From: a virus
Taxonomy: Duplodnaviria; Caudoviricetes
Virus record (IMG/VR): IMGVR_UViG_3300014208_000050
Coordinates: 1 to 55,554 of that record
Strand: one strand, 5' to 3'
Length of the DNA: 55,554 bases
Below are positions 6,897 to 16,998 of this stretch, in pieces. Position 1 is the stretch's first letter. Each line of letters begins with the position of its first letter. The position numbers were made by a program, and so were the translations under genes. The notes beneath the pieces are model-generated. The model was given only the letters and a program-made list of their open reading frames with translations, made no database searches and was not told the origin of the DNA.

Positions 6897-8550
6897 CACG
6901 TTTCTTCAAACGCTCAATGGTGGACTCACTACCCGCTCTTTGACATCTTGCTCGCGCTGGGCGGTGAAGAGAAGGATCATGGGTGATCCATTCCCGGGCC
7001 CTTACTCTTGGACCCACCACCCGTGGGTTCGAGAGATGCACGACTCGTGGGCTGGGTTCAATTACTGCATGAAGGGGGCACAACTCGGAGTCACGGAAGT
7101 AGCTATAAATAGGGCACTTTACACGCTTGACGTGTTGAAGAGAGACGTGCTTTATGTGATGCCGACTGCAAAAGGAGCAAGTAAGTTTAGCCGAGGGAGG
7201 TTCGGAACAGCACTGGCTCTGAGCGATTACATCTGTCGGATGTTCACCGACACGAATTCGATCGACATGAAGCAGGCTGGAGCCAATAGCCTGTACATCA
7301 GTGGATCACGAGGGGACAACAATCTCAAGAACATCCCTGCATCTGAGTTGATCTTGGATGAAGTGGACGAGATGGAAGAGAAACAGATATGGCTCGCTCT
7401 CGAAAGATTGAGCGGCCAGATACACAAACACGTTTGGGGCATCTCGACACCGACGATTCCCAACTTCGGTATTCATAAACTGTACATGGGATCGACACAG
7501 GAGCATTTCATGTTCCAGTGTCCGTCATGCAGTAAGTGGACCGAGTTCGTGTGGCCTGATTGCGTGGAGATCGTCGGGGAACATCCGACCGATCCGAGGT
7601 GCGAAGAATCGTTTTTGAAGTGCAAAGAGTGCAAAGCCAGATTACACCAAGAGGATAAGCCAAGGTTTTTGGCAAGCGGCAAGTGGGAAGTTACGGCACC
7701 GAACGGAAGCAAGGATGTTCGCGGCTTTCACATCAATCAGCTTTACAGCTATACGGTTAGTGCTGCTGAGTTGGTGGTGGCTTATCTCCGAGGAAACGGA
7801 GACGAGTTTGCGGCCAAGGAGTTCAACAACTCAAAACTCGGCCGTCCGTTTGTAGGAGACGGAGCCCAAGTCACGGAGGAGATGATTGAGACAACAATCG
7901 GCTCACACACGATGAACGGCGTGCGACCGGCTCGCGGCGGTGAGAAACTGATTACGTTGGGCTGCGATCAAGGAAAGACGAGCTACGTCACGATATGTGA
8001 GTGGCTGCTGGGGGACACCTCCCACCTTGACTTGAGTGCGGATGCGGTCTGTAAGGTCTTGTGGGTCGGAACGTTTTTGGAAGAACAGTGGGATTTTCTC
8101 GACCAGTTGATGAGTGAGTGGCAAGTTTTGTACGCGGTTCTTGACGCCGACCCGCAAATAAACGAGGCCCGAAGGTTTTGTCGAAGGTTCCAAGGATACG
8201 CGGGTGTTTCGAGATACCGGCGCGGTCAGCAAGCGAAAGAGATAGCAACAACGGAAGAGGACACAGGGGCTCCGATGCACACAGTGGACCGTGCCTCGTG
8301 GCTGTCCTCAACACTGGGAAGATTCAAAGCGAATCCCCCAAAGATTATTTTGCCGCGAGATATTCCCGCAGCGTTCAAAGAGCACGTTAAAAGTTTGGTG
8401 AGGACTTACGAACGTGATGAACACGGGAACCCTCACGCAGTATACAAAGAGACTGGACCCGACCACTTTGCACACGCATTGTGTTACAGCGAAATTGCGT
8501 TGCAGTTCGCTCCATTGTCAACAGGTAGAACGATAAGCAAGTTGTTGTAA
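6856..8550 (+). CDS. terL: terminase large subunit (gpA-like)
   Basis: MKGAQLGVTE Walker A variant, LILDEVD Walker B, ISTPT motif III, CPSC/CKEC Zn site, GCDQG and DHFAHA nuclease motifs. Confidence 0.93.
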   Translation: MPKYVPKQLLTPSSTFLQTLNGGLTTRSLTSCSRWAVKRRIMGDPFPGPYSWTHHPWVREMHDSWAGFNYCMKGAQLGVTEVAINRALYTLDVLKRDVLYVMPTAKGASKFSRGRFGTALALSDYICRMFTDTNSIDMKQAGANSLYISGSRGDNNLKNIPASELILDEVDEMEEKQIWLALERLSGQIHKHVWGISTPTIPNFGIHKLYMGSTQEHFMFQCPSCSKWTEFVWPDCVEIVGEHPTDPRCEESFLKCKECKARLHQEDKPRFLASGKWEVTAPNGSKDVRGFHINQLYSYTVSAAELVVAYLRGNGDEFAAKEFNNSKLGRPFVGDGAQVTEEMIETTIGSHTMNGVRPARGGEKLITLGCDQGKTSYVTICEWLLGDTSHLDLSADAVCKVLWVGTFLEEQWDFLDQLMSEWQVLYAVLDADPQINEARRFCRRFQGYAGVSRYRRGQQAKEIATTEEDTGAPMHTVDRASWLSSTLGRFKANPPKIILPRDIPAAFKEHVKSLVRTYERDEHGNPHAVYKETGPDHFAHALCYSEIALQFAPLSTGRTISKLL

Positions 8551-10295
8551 TGTTAGACACACCAATAATTCGTTATCGTTATCCTGGCTACACCCAGTCT
8601 GCTATGAACTGGGAGAAGTGGAGGCTCACTTACGATGCCTCCGACGACTTCAGGACTACATACCTGAAGAAGTTCAGCCTGCGCGAAGACACCGAGGACT
8701 ACAACGCCCGGCTTGAGATTTCTCCGATACCCGGCTTTGCGAAAGCAGCCATCAACGAGATTCGCAACTCGATCTTCCAACGCATGAGAGACATCGTGCG
8801 TTCCGGTGGAAGTAAGAACTATCAGAATGCGGTGTCCGGGCTGGGTGGTGGCGTGGATCGTCGCGGTGCCAGCATGAATGCCTTCATTGGAATGAAGGCA
8901 TTGACTGAGTTGTTGGTCATGGGTCGGGTTGGGATTTTCGTGGATAACCCAGTTCTGACTGGCCCAACATTGAGTGATGCGGCCGGGGTTAAGCCATATC
9001 TTTACAGCTACGCGATCGAAGACATCCTGAGCTACACCACTCGGTCGGACGAACCTTCTGAGTTTCAAGCGTTGCTCTTGCGGGACACTGGACTGGAGTT
9101 CGATGGAACTACGTTGCTGCCGATAGCAACGGTCGAGCGGTACCGAAGACTCTGGCTGGAAGAAGACCGGGTTCACGCTCAGTTTTATGACAAAGATGGC
9201 AAAGAGTATGGCACGGTCACAACGCTTGAGTTGAAGAAGATTCCGTTTGTGATGGTAGACATCGGCGACTCGCTCATCAAGAGCGTGTGTGACCATCAAA
9301 TCGCGCTGTTGAACTTGGTCAGCAGCGACGTGAACTATGCCCTCAAGGCAAACTTCCCGTTTTACGTCGAGCAGGACGATGGACTAGCGGCAGGCTCGCA
9401 CCTGAAGAAGGCCGCGACGGATGGGACAGCAACATCTGGCGGTCAAGGTGCATCTGACCGCAATATAAAGGTGGGCGTCACAGTAGGTCGCACTTACGGG
9501 AAGAACTCGGATCAACCGGCGTTCATCAACCCGTCACCCGAGCCTCTTCAAGCGTCGATGGCATTGCAGCAGAGTTTGAAGGACGACATACGCTCGCTCG
9601 TCAATCTTGCTGTGATGACTTTGGCAACACGGGCGAGTGCTGAGTCGAAGCAAGTTGACAATCAAGGACTCGAAGCTGGTTTGTCCTACATCGGACTGGT
9701 GCTGGAAAACGCCGAGAGAAAGATCGCGGAATACTGGTCGGCGTATGAAGAGAAAGCAGAGTCGAAGCGTGAAGTTCCGATTATTCGCTACCCCGATCGG
9801 TATTCGCTGAAGACCGACGCTGACCGTGTGAAGGAGTCAACTGAACTGTCGAGCCTGATGAACAAGATTCCCGGACAGACCGTGAAGCGAGAAATCGCTA
9901 AGAGTCTTGTCCAAGTTCTCCTCGGTGGAAAAGTTTCGGTTGACACGATTGACAAGATCAATAAGGAAATCGAAGAGACCCCGTACACGACGAGTGATCC
10001 TGACACGATTATCAGTGCCGTGGAGAAGGGTCTGTGTGGCGAACAAACTGGTTCAATGGCTCTGGGGTTCAACAAGGACGAGTACATCCAGGCCCAGAAA
10101 GATCATACTGCCCGCGTAGCCCGAATCGCGGAAGCCCAAGGCGTCAATAAGAGCGATCCGGCTTCGAGAGGCGTGCCCGACTTGTCGGCCGATCCCGACG
10201 CCGGTAAGCAGGAGCGTAAAGCTGCCACGGATGTCACTAACCAAGATACAACGCAGAAAAACGAACGTGGCGAAGGAGCCAAGATAAATGACTGA
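8550..10295 (+). CDS. portal protein
   Basis: 581 aa directly after terminase; EDTEDYNARL, ELLVMGRVGIFVD and IPFV segments typical of portals. Confidence 0.85.
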   Translation: MLDTPIIRYRYPGYTQSAMNWEKWRLTYDASDDFRTTYLKKFSLREDTEDYNARLEISPIPGFAKAAINEIRNSIFQRMRDIVRSGGSKNYQNAVSGLGGGVDRRGASMNAFIGMKALTELLVMGRVGIFVDNPVLTGPTLSDAAGVKPYLYSYAIEDILSYTTRSDEPSEFQALLLRDTGLEFDGTTLLPIATVERYRRLWLEEDRVHAQFYDKDGKEYGTVTTLELKKIPFVMVDIGDSLIKSVCDHQIALLNLVSSDVNYALKANFPFYVEQDDGLAAGSHLKKAATDGTATSGGQGASDRNIKVGVTVGRTYGKNSDQPAFINPSPEPLQASMALQQSLKDDIRSLVNLAVMTLATRASAESKQVDNQGLEAGLSYIGLVLENAERKIAEYWSAYEEKAESKREVPIIRYPDRYSLKTDADRVKESTELSSLMNKIPGQTVKREIAKSLVQVLLGGKVSVDTIDKINKEIEETPYTTSDPDTIISAVEKGLCGEQTGSMALGFNKDEYIQAQKDHTARVARIAEAQGVNKSDPASRGVPDLSADPDAGKQERKAATDVTNQDTTQKNERGEGAKIND

Positions 10296-12057
10296 CATAA
10301 ACCGCTCAGCAGTTGATTCCTTTTTTGTGGGTAGTGGTGAGGTTGACGCAGAGGCCAAGCCCATTGTTGCGGCCGGTTACGCGCCGGACGCTGTTTACAA
10401 AGGAATCAGGATCAGAGCGAATTCGGCTAATACCGGATTGATTTACGTTGGTAACGTAGGTGTCAGTCCGACCAACGGCTTTGAGTTGGACGCTGCTGAG
10501 GCAGTTGACATTGCGGTAACGGACATCCATCAGGTCTACGTGGTCGCAGTCTCAGCCAACAACGCGACTCAAACCGTCACGCTCGCCAATCTCAATGCAA
10601 GTGGCAAGTGGGTGCTGACGTACAAGGGTCAGACGACAACTGCTCTGGCCCAGAATGCGGCTGCCGCCACGGTGCAAACCGCGTTACGTGCGTTGAGCAC
10701 GATCGGTTCCGGTAATGTTGACGTGACGGGCAACGCCGGTGGGCCATACACGGTTGAGTTTGTTGGTGATCTGGCAGGTCTGGATGCTGATTTGCTGGTT
10801 GGCGACGTTGTAAACGAAGTCCAGAACATTGCGATCGCTGACGAGCTTGCAGGGGATACGATCGTTTACACGCTCGGAGCGGAGAGCACTGACCCATTGG
10901 CAGCCGAAGCGTCGGCCGCAGCGGTTCAAGCAGCGTTGGAAGCGTTCACCGGCGTTGGCGCAGGTAACGTCGAGGTGACAGCGGCAGCGGGTGGCTACAA
11001 CGTCGAGTTCATTGGTGACTTGGCTGACACCGACGTTGGAGCGATAACCGGAGTCGGCGGCAAGAACGAAATTCAAACTATCACCGTGAGTGGCGGTGTT
11101 GCTGGGGCTACGATGGTGCTGACGTGGGGCGGCAATCCCACGGCGTCACTTGCGTACAACGTAGCGGCGGCGGACCTTGAGGACGCTCTGGAAGCTCTCG
11201 ACGGTATCGAGCCGGGTGACGTTTCGGTAACTGGCACAGGCCCTTACGCGGTTGAGTTCAAAGGTCTGTTGGCCGGAACCGACGTTGGGGCGATTACTGG
11301 CGTCGGTGGTGCCAATGAAACCCAGACGGTTACGGTATCTGGTGGTGTAGCTGGAGCTACGATGGTGCTGACGGTCGGTGCCGCTGGTGACACCGCTGCT
11401 CTTGCCTATAACGTGAGCGGTGCCAACTTGCAAACCGCTCTCGAATCAATCGCGGCGATTGGTGCCGGTAATGTTGCCGTTGTAGGCGATGGCCCTTATG
11501 CGATCACGTTCCAAGGCGCGTTAGCCAAGACAGACATTGCTACGATCACTGGTGTTGGCGGTGTGAATGAGACACAAACGATCACATTGAATGGCGTAAC
11601 GAGTGGAACATTCACACTGACCTACGGCGCTCAGACCACGGTCGCAATTGCCTACGACGCAGCAGCCGCCACGGTTGAAGCGGAGTTGGCCGCACTTAGT
11701 AGCGTGGGCTCTGGGAATGTGGCTGTGACCGGCACCACTCCTGAGTGGGCTGTCGAGTTTACAGGAACTTTGGCAAAGACTGACGTTAGCGCGATCACCG
11801 GGGATAATACAAATTTGGTAGGCGACCCAGCGACGATCACCGTTGTTGAAACGCAAAAGGGAGCGAACCTGACGATCGGTGTCGTTGAAAATCAAAAAGG
11901 CACGAACCTCACGATTGGCGTCGAAGAGACGGCCAAGGGTAACACACTGACCGTTACCGTCACCGAGTCGATCAAGGGTGATCCTGACGGGACCGTGACA
12001 GTAGCCTCGACGGCTCAAGCAAGCGACGGGTGCAAATTCAGTTGGATTTCTGAGTGA
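10288..12057 (+). CDS. virion decoration/fibre protein with five nested repeat domains
   Basis: five ~84-aa NExQT...ALEAL..IG.GNV.VTG..PY.VEF.G.LA units followed by five short closing strands; head-module position. Confidence 0.75.
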   Translation: MTDINRSAVDSFFVGSGEVDAEAKPIVAAGYAPDAVYKGIRIRANSANTGLIYVGNVGVSPTNGFELDAAEAVDIAVTDIHQVYVVAVSANNATQTVTLANLNASGKWVLTYKGQTTTALAQNAAAATVQTALRALSTIGSGNVDVTGNAGGPYTVEFVGDLAGLDADLLVGDVVNEVQNIAIADELAGDTIVYTLGAESTDPLAAEASAAAVQAALEAFTGVGAGNVEVTAAAGGYNVEFIGDLADTDVGAITGVGGKNEIQTITVSGGVAGATMVLTWGGNPTASLAYNVAAADLEDALEALDGIEPGDVSVTGTGPYAVEFKGLLAGTDVGAITGVGGANETQTVTVSGGVAGATMVLTVGAAGDTAALAYNVSGANLQTALESIAAIGAGNVAVVGDGPYAITFQGALAKTDIATITGVGGVNETQTITLNGVTSGTFTLTYGAQTTVAIAYDAAAATVEAELAALSSVGSGNVAVTGTTPEWAVEFTGTLAKTDVSAITGDNTNLVGDPATITVVETQKGANLTIGVVENQKGTNLTIGVEETAKGNTLTVTVTESIKGDPDGTVTVASTAQASDGCKFSWISE

Positions 12058-12572
12058 TGAACAACACGTACTACGGAAGTATCGCTGGGGCGACAGACTA
12101 CTTTGCCAATCGTCTCCACGCAACGGCGTGGGACGACGCTGTAGTCGCGGACAGGCCGAAAGCCCTGTTGGCTGCAACGCAAATCATCAATGCGTTGTCG
12201 TTCAAAGGCTATAAGGCTTCGGTCTACGCACTCCTGCTAGCGAGTCCAAGTGCGACCGCCGCTGACGTAAAAGCGGCCGAAGCGGCTCAAGAGTTGGAGT
12301 TCCCGCGTGACGACGACACGGAGGTGCCAGAAGAGATCGAGCGAGCGACCTATGAGATTGCTTACTCACTCTTGGACGGTCGAGACCCAGAAATGGAGCT
12401 TGAAGCCCTAGCAGTGTCGAGCAGCCGGTATGCGTCCGTTGCAACGAGCTATGCGAGAGACCAAGTACCAGTTGAGCACATTTTGAATGGAGTCCCGAGC
12501 GCCCCAGCATGGCGATTGCTCCTTCCGTTCCTGCGTGATAGTGATGAAGTGAATCTGAGTCGAGTGTCGTAA
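12057..12572 (+). CDS. head-tail adaptor (DnaT-like family)
   Basis: YYGSIAGATDYF, KALLAATQII, F.G.K, QELEFPR, VPEEIERATYEIA. Confidence 0.8.
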   Translation: MNNTYYGSIAGATDYFANRLHATAWDDAVVADRPKALLAATQIINALSFKGYKASVYALLLASPSATAADVKAAEAAQELEFPRDDDTEVPEEIERATYEIAYSLLDGRDPEMELEALAVSSSRYASVATSYARDQVPVEHILNGVPSAPAWRLLLPFLRDSDEVNLSRVS

Positions 12573-12653
12573 ACCAGTCGTTTTGACTGGGCGGTATTGT
12601 GCGGACCCGGACGCACAATGAACCTAAGATAACCTGGGTGTGAGGATTGATTC

Positions 12654-13472
12654 ATGTTGTGCAAGTATTGGAGCCCCGTTCAGTTGGCATGTTACGACGA
12701 CCCGACTCCTGAAGAAGCTGCCGCTGCGGAAGCTGCCGCTGCGGAAGCCGCCAAGGAAGCATCGAAGGAAGAAGGTAAAGTTTATCGGACGCAAGAAGAA
12801 GTGAATCGGTATGTTGCCGAAGACCGCCGCAAGACCGAGGCCAAGTACAAAGCACAGTTGCGTGCCGAGTTGCAGAAGCAAGAAAAGACGTATAACGACC
12901 TGCTCTCCAACAAGAATCTGACCGAACAAGAGCGTGACAATCTGCGGTCCTCGCTGGACGCAGTTGAGACGCAGCTTCTCAGTGAGAAGGAGAAGGCCGC
13001 GAAGGACAAGAAGAAGTTGGAAGAGTCCTACACTGGAAAGCTGACGGAAGCCGAAAAGAACGCAAAGTCGTGGGAGACTCGTTACAAAGAGTCCAGCATC
13101 TCGCGCGAACTGCAAGCGGCTGCCGTCGAGAACGACGCATTCAACGCTCGCCAGATGATCGACCTGCTGCGTCCGAAGACTGAGTTGGCTGCGGTGATGG
13201 ACGCTGCCGGGCAACCAACTGGCGAGTTTCAAGTGATGGTGGAGATTGAGGTGGAAGGGAAGCCAACGAAGATGACACCTGCCGACGCCGTGAAGAAACT
13301 GCGAGATCAGCCCGAATGGTCCAATTTGTTCAAAGCGAATGTGGTCTCGGGCCTCGGCAAAGACACCGGCGCAACGCCGGGTGCGAACGGCAAGATTGAC
13401 GTGAAGAACATGAGTCAAGCCGACTATCGCAAACTACGCAAAACGAATCCCGAGTTGATCTTTGGTAGATAG
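12654..13472 (+). CDS. capsid scaffolding protein
   Basis: charged coiled coil upstream of MCP; TQEEVNRYV, NLFKANVVSG, MSQADYRKLRK. Confidence 0.85.
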   Translation: MLCKYWSPVQLACYDDPTPEEAAAAEAAAAEAAKEASKEEGKVYRTQEEVNRYVAEDRRKTEAKYKAQLRAELQKQEKTYNDLLSNKNLTEQERDNLRSSLDAVETQLLSEKEKAAKDKKKLEESYTGKLTEAEKNAKSWETRYKESSISRELQAAAVENDAFNARQMIDLLRPKTELAAVMDAAGQPTGEFQVMVEIEVEGKPTKMTPADAVKKLRDQPEWSNLFKANVVSGLGKDTGATPGANGKIDVKNMSQADYRKLRKTNPELIFGR

Positions 13473-13551
13473 CTTGGGTTTACCATCAATCCTTGTACAG
13501 GATTAGGTGGGGAACATCTGTAAACAACAAACCTTTCCTAGGAGAGTAGAG

Positions 13552-14982
13552 ATGAGTAAGTTTGAAGCCCCCGTTCAGTTCGCGTGCTACGGCCCCGCTG
13601 GCGCTACCGGCAATGATGCGTTCATTCCCGAAATTTGGGCGCGCGAGGCTCTGGAAATCTTGTACGAGAACATGGTCGTAGCTAATTTGGTGCATCGTAG
13701 CTTCGAGGGCGAGATTGCCAAGTTCGGAGATACGGTTCATACCCGTCGTCCTGCCGAGTCGAAGATCAAGCGCCGGACGGATGACACGACTGTTTCGACA
13801 CTGAACCAGTCCACCAGTGCGACTGATGTCCCTGTCATCCTCAACCAGTGGGGCAATCAGACCTTCTGCGTCCGACCGGGCGAGATGAGCTTGTCAATGC
13901 AAGACCTTGTGCAGACCTACTTGGCCCCTCGCATGAAGGTCATGGCCCGCATGATCGACCGCGCCGTCCTTGGACGGATGGCTGCGTCCTTTGGCACGAC
14001 CAATGCGACTCGTGCTGGTAAGCTGAATGGTTTGACTTCGGCCACGGCTTACAACTCGGTGGTTGAATTGGACCAGGTACTCAACCAGAACAAGGCCCCC
14101 ATTGACGGTCGCAACTTGTTGGTTTCGCCGAGTGCCAACGCTCAAATGCTCAAGTGTGACAACTTCATCAAGGCAATGGATCGTGGTGACGGCTCCTCGC
14201 CAATCAGCACGGCCAAGCTCGGTCGCATCTTGAACTTCGACACGTATCTGAGCCAGAACGTCAACCAAGTGTTGGCGGGTGCCGACATTACGCAGTTCGC
14301 CATCGACGCCTCTGCGGTTGCTGCCGAAACGGCTGTGATTCCGGCCACGGCGGTCAGCACGACTGCGACTGTCGGTGAGTATTGCACGGTTGCAGGCGAC
14401 GATCAGCCGTCGTATATCTCGGCGGTGTCGAACAGCACCAGCTTCACTCTTGCTGAAGGGCTGAAGTACGGCGTGCTGGCGAGTGCTACAGCAACTCGCT
14501 ACAACAAGTGCGCCGTGGCTGCGAGTGCCGCCGCTGGTTGGGCTGAGGGCATTTCCCTCAAGAGCCACGCTTCTGGCAAGGGTCCGCAAGTCGGCCAGTT
14601 GCTCTCGTTCTGTGACGCAACGACTGGTGCGAACCGTCACACCTACACGGTGATCGAAGTCGTGGAAACCGCCACGACCACCAGCACTGTGCTGTTGGAC
14701 CGTCCGCTGGACAAGGCGATCACCCAGGACTCGACCGTGGTGTGCCCTGGCCCCTACGGCGCGATCAACCCGGCGTTCCACAAGAACTGCTTGGCTCTCG
14801 TGACTCGTCCGTTGGCTGTTATGTCCGGTGCTGGCATGTTGTCGGCCGTGCAGAGTGATGGTGGGCTCGGCCTCAGCATCTCGATGCAGGACGTGATTAA
14901 CGAAGGCCGCAAGGTCACGATTGACATTCTGTTCGGCACTGCCGTGTTGGACAGCGCTCTCTGCGTGCCGTTGCTCGGCTAA
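13552..14982 (+). CDS. major capsid protein (P22 coat-like)
   Basis: AFIPEIWAREAL, FGDTVHTRRP, LNQNKAPIDGR, LGRILNFD, FHKNCLALVTRPL, IDILFG; AGGAG RBS before ATG 13552. Confidence 0.92.
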   Translation: MSKFEAPVQFACYGPAGATGNDAFIPEIWAREALEILYENMVVANLVHRSFEGEIAKFGDTVHTRRPAESKIKRRTDDTTVSTLNQSTSATDVPVILNQWGNQTFCVRPGEMSLSMQDLVQTYLAPRMKVMARMIDRAVLGRMAASFGTTNATRAGKLNGLTSATAYNSVVELDQVLNQNKAPIDGRNLLVSPSANAQMLKCDNFIKAMDRGDGSSPISTAKLGRILNFDTYLSQNVNQVLAGADITQFAIDASAVAAETAVIPATAVSTTATVGEYCTVAGDDQPSYISAVSNSTSFTLAEGLKYGVLASATATRYNKCAVAASAAAGWAEGISLKSHASGKGPQVGQLLSFCDATTGANRHTYTVIEVVETATTTSTVLLDRPLDKAITQDSTVVCPGPYGAINPAFHKNCLALVTRPLAVMSGAGMLSAVQSDGGLGLSISMQDVINEGRKVTIDILFGTAVLDSALCVPLLG

Positions 14983-14996
14983 CAATTGCTGTAAAC

Positions 14997-15027
14997 CCAC
15001 CTACCAGGGTTCATCCCTGGTAGGTGG
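14997..15027 (+). terminator. hairpin after MCP (attenuator or mRNA stabiliser; no U-tract)
   Basis: CCACCTACCAGGG-ttcat-CCCTGGTAGGTGG, 13-bp stem. Confidence 0.65.
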
Positions 15028-15048
15028 ATATTTAAGGAGATTGCAGCA

Positions 15049-15372
15049 ATGAGTTGGTACGACGCATGGCAAATGCTTTCATCGACGGGACCGATCGTGA
15101 GTACCGTCGTGTTGGTGATCGCCTTCTTCTTGTGGAAAGACTACAAACGAGAAAATAGGTTGCAGGATCGAGTTGAGGTTCTTGAAAAAGACCAGAAAGA
15201 AATCCTTCTGCCTCTCGTTGAGCGTTGCTCTGTGATTATTGCTCAGAACACGGCCGTGATGATGCGATTGGAAAAGGCTTTGGATCGTAATGGACCCGTA
15301 GAAGTCAAGGACGAGCGTTGTCTACTTGATCGACTTCTTGAGGATGCTGCCGCACACCGGCAAGAACAATGA
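15049..15372 (+). CDS. small membrane protein, holin-like
   Basis: one TM helix followed by KDYKRE coiled coil; AAGGAG RBS. Confidence 0.55.
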   Translation: MSWYDAWQMLSSTGPIVSTVVLVIAFFLWKDYKRENRLQDRVEVLEKDQKEILLPLVERCSVIIAQNTAVMMRLEKALDRNGPVEVKDERCLLDRLLEDAAAHRQEQ

Positions 15373-15824
15373 ACCACTTGCACAGAATGGCTCCGATAAC
15401 CCTATACCTCTTGAAAAGAGAGTTCGGTGGAGCCATTGACATCTACAAGCTTCTGACCTCGGAAACAAGTGCGCGTACTGGGCAGAAGGCGGTTACGACT
15501 AACGTGTATCACGTTGCTCGTGCCGTCATTCTGCCCTCCGGTTACTCACGAGTACGGGCACCAGGGTCGAAAGATACGCGAGGATCGCGGGATGTCAGTT
15601 TGCGAGACTTCATTGTTGACCGCAAGGACGTGAGAGGATTAACGACTCTAACGGCGGATGATTGGATCGTCTACCGGGGGTCGAAGTACCAAGTGAAGGA
15701 AGTCGAGTCGGCTGAGTTTGATTCGGGGTGGGTAATCACAGCGAAAGAACTCAAAGGGGAAATCCCTGAGCAAACGATCAACGTGCAAACGGACGATCGA
15801 GTTTGGATGAGCGATGCAACCTGA
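15369..15824 (+). CDS. head closure (head-tail joining) protein
   Basis: position; DDWIVYRGSKYQVKEV beta motif. Confidence 0.65.
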   Translation: MNHLHRMAPITLYLLKREFGGAIDIYKLLTSETSARTGQKAVTTNVYHVARAVILPSGYSRVRAPGSKDTRGSRDVSLRDFIVDRKDVRGLTTLTADDWIVYRGSKYQVKEVESAEFDSGWVITAKELKGEIPEQTINVQTDDRVWMSDAT

Positions 15825-16314
15825 TTGGGCTCGATACATATTCGCCAGCGCGGCTGATTACTTCAAGGAAGTGGCAGCCGACAATAATCTACCTGTAGTG
15901 GTAGATCATCTTGACGAACGAACGGAGTCGTTCATGCGTGCGACGGATCGTGCGGAAGTGCGGATCACGGGACCAGTCATCAAGCACCCGAGCAATGGAT
16001 ACTACATTGCGTATGTTGATGTCAGCATACTGCTGACTTCGAGATATGACGGCAAAAGAAAAAACGCCTACGAAATTGTGAAGAATGCCGGGGCGTTTCA
16101 ATCGGCAATGGATTTGCCAATAGCAGTTTGGAACTTCGGCGGTGAACCAGGCGATTACGACGAAGATAACGTGGACTCACAAGTGTTTCTTGGGTGTCTC
16201 AACTTACGGCCTGGGACCAGTGTGCAAGTGATTCACTACGGACAAACTGCTCCAGAGGAAAAGAGCAAGATGTCGGAAGTGAACTGTCGTCTCTATATGG
16301 AGCTTTATGAGTAA
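15814..16314 (+). CDS. tail terminator/completion protein
   Basis: size and position before the tail tube gene. Confidence 0.55.
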   Translation: MQPDWARYIFASAADYFKEVAADNNLPVVVDHLDERTESFMRATDRAEVRITGPVIKHPSNGYYIAYVDVSILLTSRYDGKRKNAYEIVKNAGAFQSAMDLPIAVWNFGGEPGDYDEDNVDSQVFLGCLNLRPGTSVQVIHYGQTAPEEKSKMSEVNCRLYMELYE

Positions 16315-16981
16315 GCCTTGGTACTTGTATGTCATCACCAACACGGTGAACGGGAAGCAGTACGTTGGTATTACTTCGGACGTGGGCAGAAGAAAGTATT
16401 GGCACTATTCCGGTAGGGGATCAAAACTGGTTTACTGTGCTGTGCAAAAGTATGGGGAGGGTCGGCTGACTTTTGAGGTGTGGTATGAAGGAGACGAGGA
16501 GTGGGTAAAAACGATGGAGCGTCGAACAATTATCGCTTTAGGTACAAAAGCCCCGAACGGGTATAACCTAACGCTGGGAGGGGAAGGGACAGTCGGTTGG
16601 AGACCTTCGCAAGAGTTTAGAGACCGAGTTCGCAGGTTCCATACAGGTCGAAAGCGATCTAGTTACACTCGACACTTAATGTCACAAGCACAAAAAGATT
16701 GTTCAAACCGCGATGGATCGCATCAAAAGAGTGGCAACGCCCGCCGAGGATGCAAACACAGTACCGAAGCAAAGAATCGGATGTCAGAAAAAGCATCCGC
16801 ACGGCGGGGTAGTTTGGCCCCACGTTCAAAAAGAGTTCTAGTATCTGGAGTTGAGTATCCTTGCATTAGCGAGGCTGCAATTGCGATAGGGTTAAAGGCT
16901 CAGACGTTAAGTGCTAGGTTTCGTAGGTGGCACCGATCTGGTAAGTGGCCGGACGGGTTTCGATATTTGGAAACAACATAA
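16307..16981 (+). CDS. GIY-YIG homing endonuclease with NUMOD3-like repeats
   Basis: YLYVITNTVNGKQYVGIT, GYNLTLGGEG, GRKRS/GCKHSTEAKNRMS. Confidence 0.92.
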   Translation: MSKPWYLYVITNTVNGKQYVGITSDVGRRKYWHYSGRGSKLVYCAVQKYGEGRLTFEVWYEGDEEWVKTMERRTIIALGTKAPNGYNLTLGGEGTVGWRPSQEFRDRVRRFHTGRKRSSYTRHLMSQAQKDCSNRDGSHQKSGNARRGCKHSTEAKNRMSEKASARRGSLAPRSKRVLVSGVEYPCISEAAIAIGLKAQTLSARFRRWHRSGKWPDGFRYLETT

Positions 16982-16998
16982 CCTTGGGAGATATTATC

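Noticed and set aside
12714-12752. 15-bp tandem repeat in the scaffold gene
   Set aside because: In-frame EAAAA linker expansion, common in scaffolds
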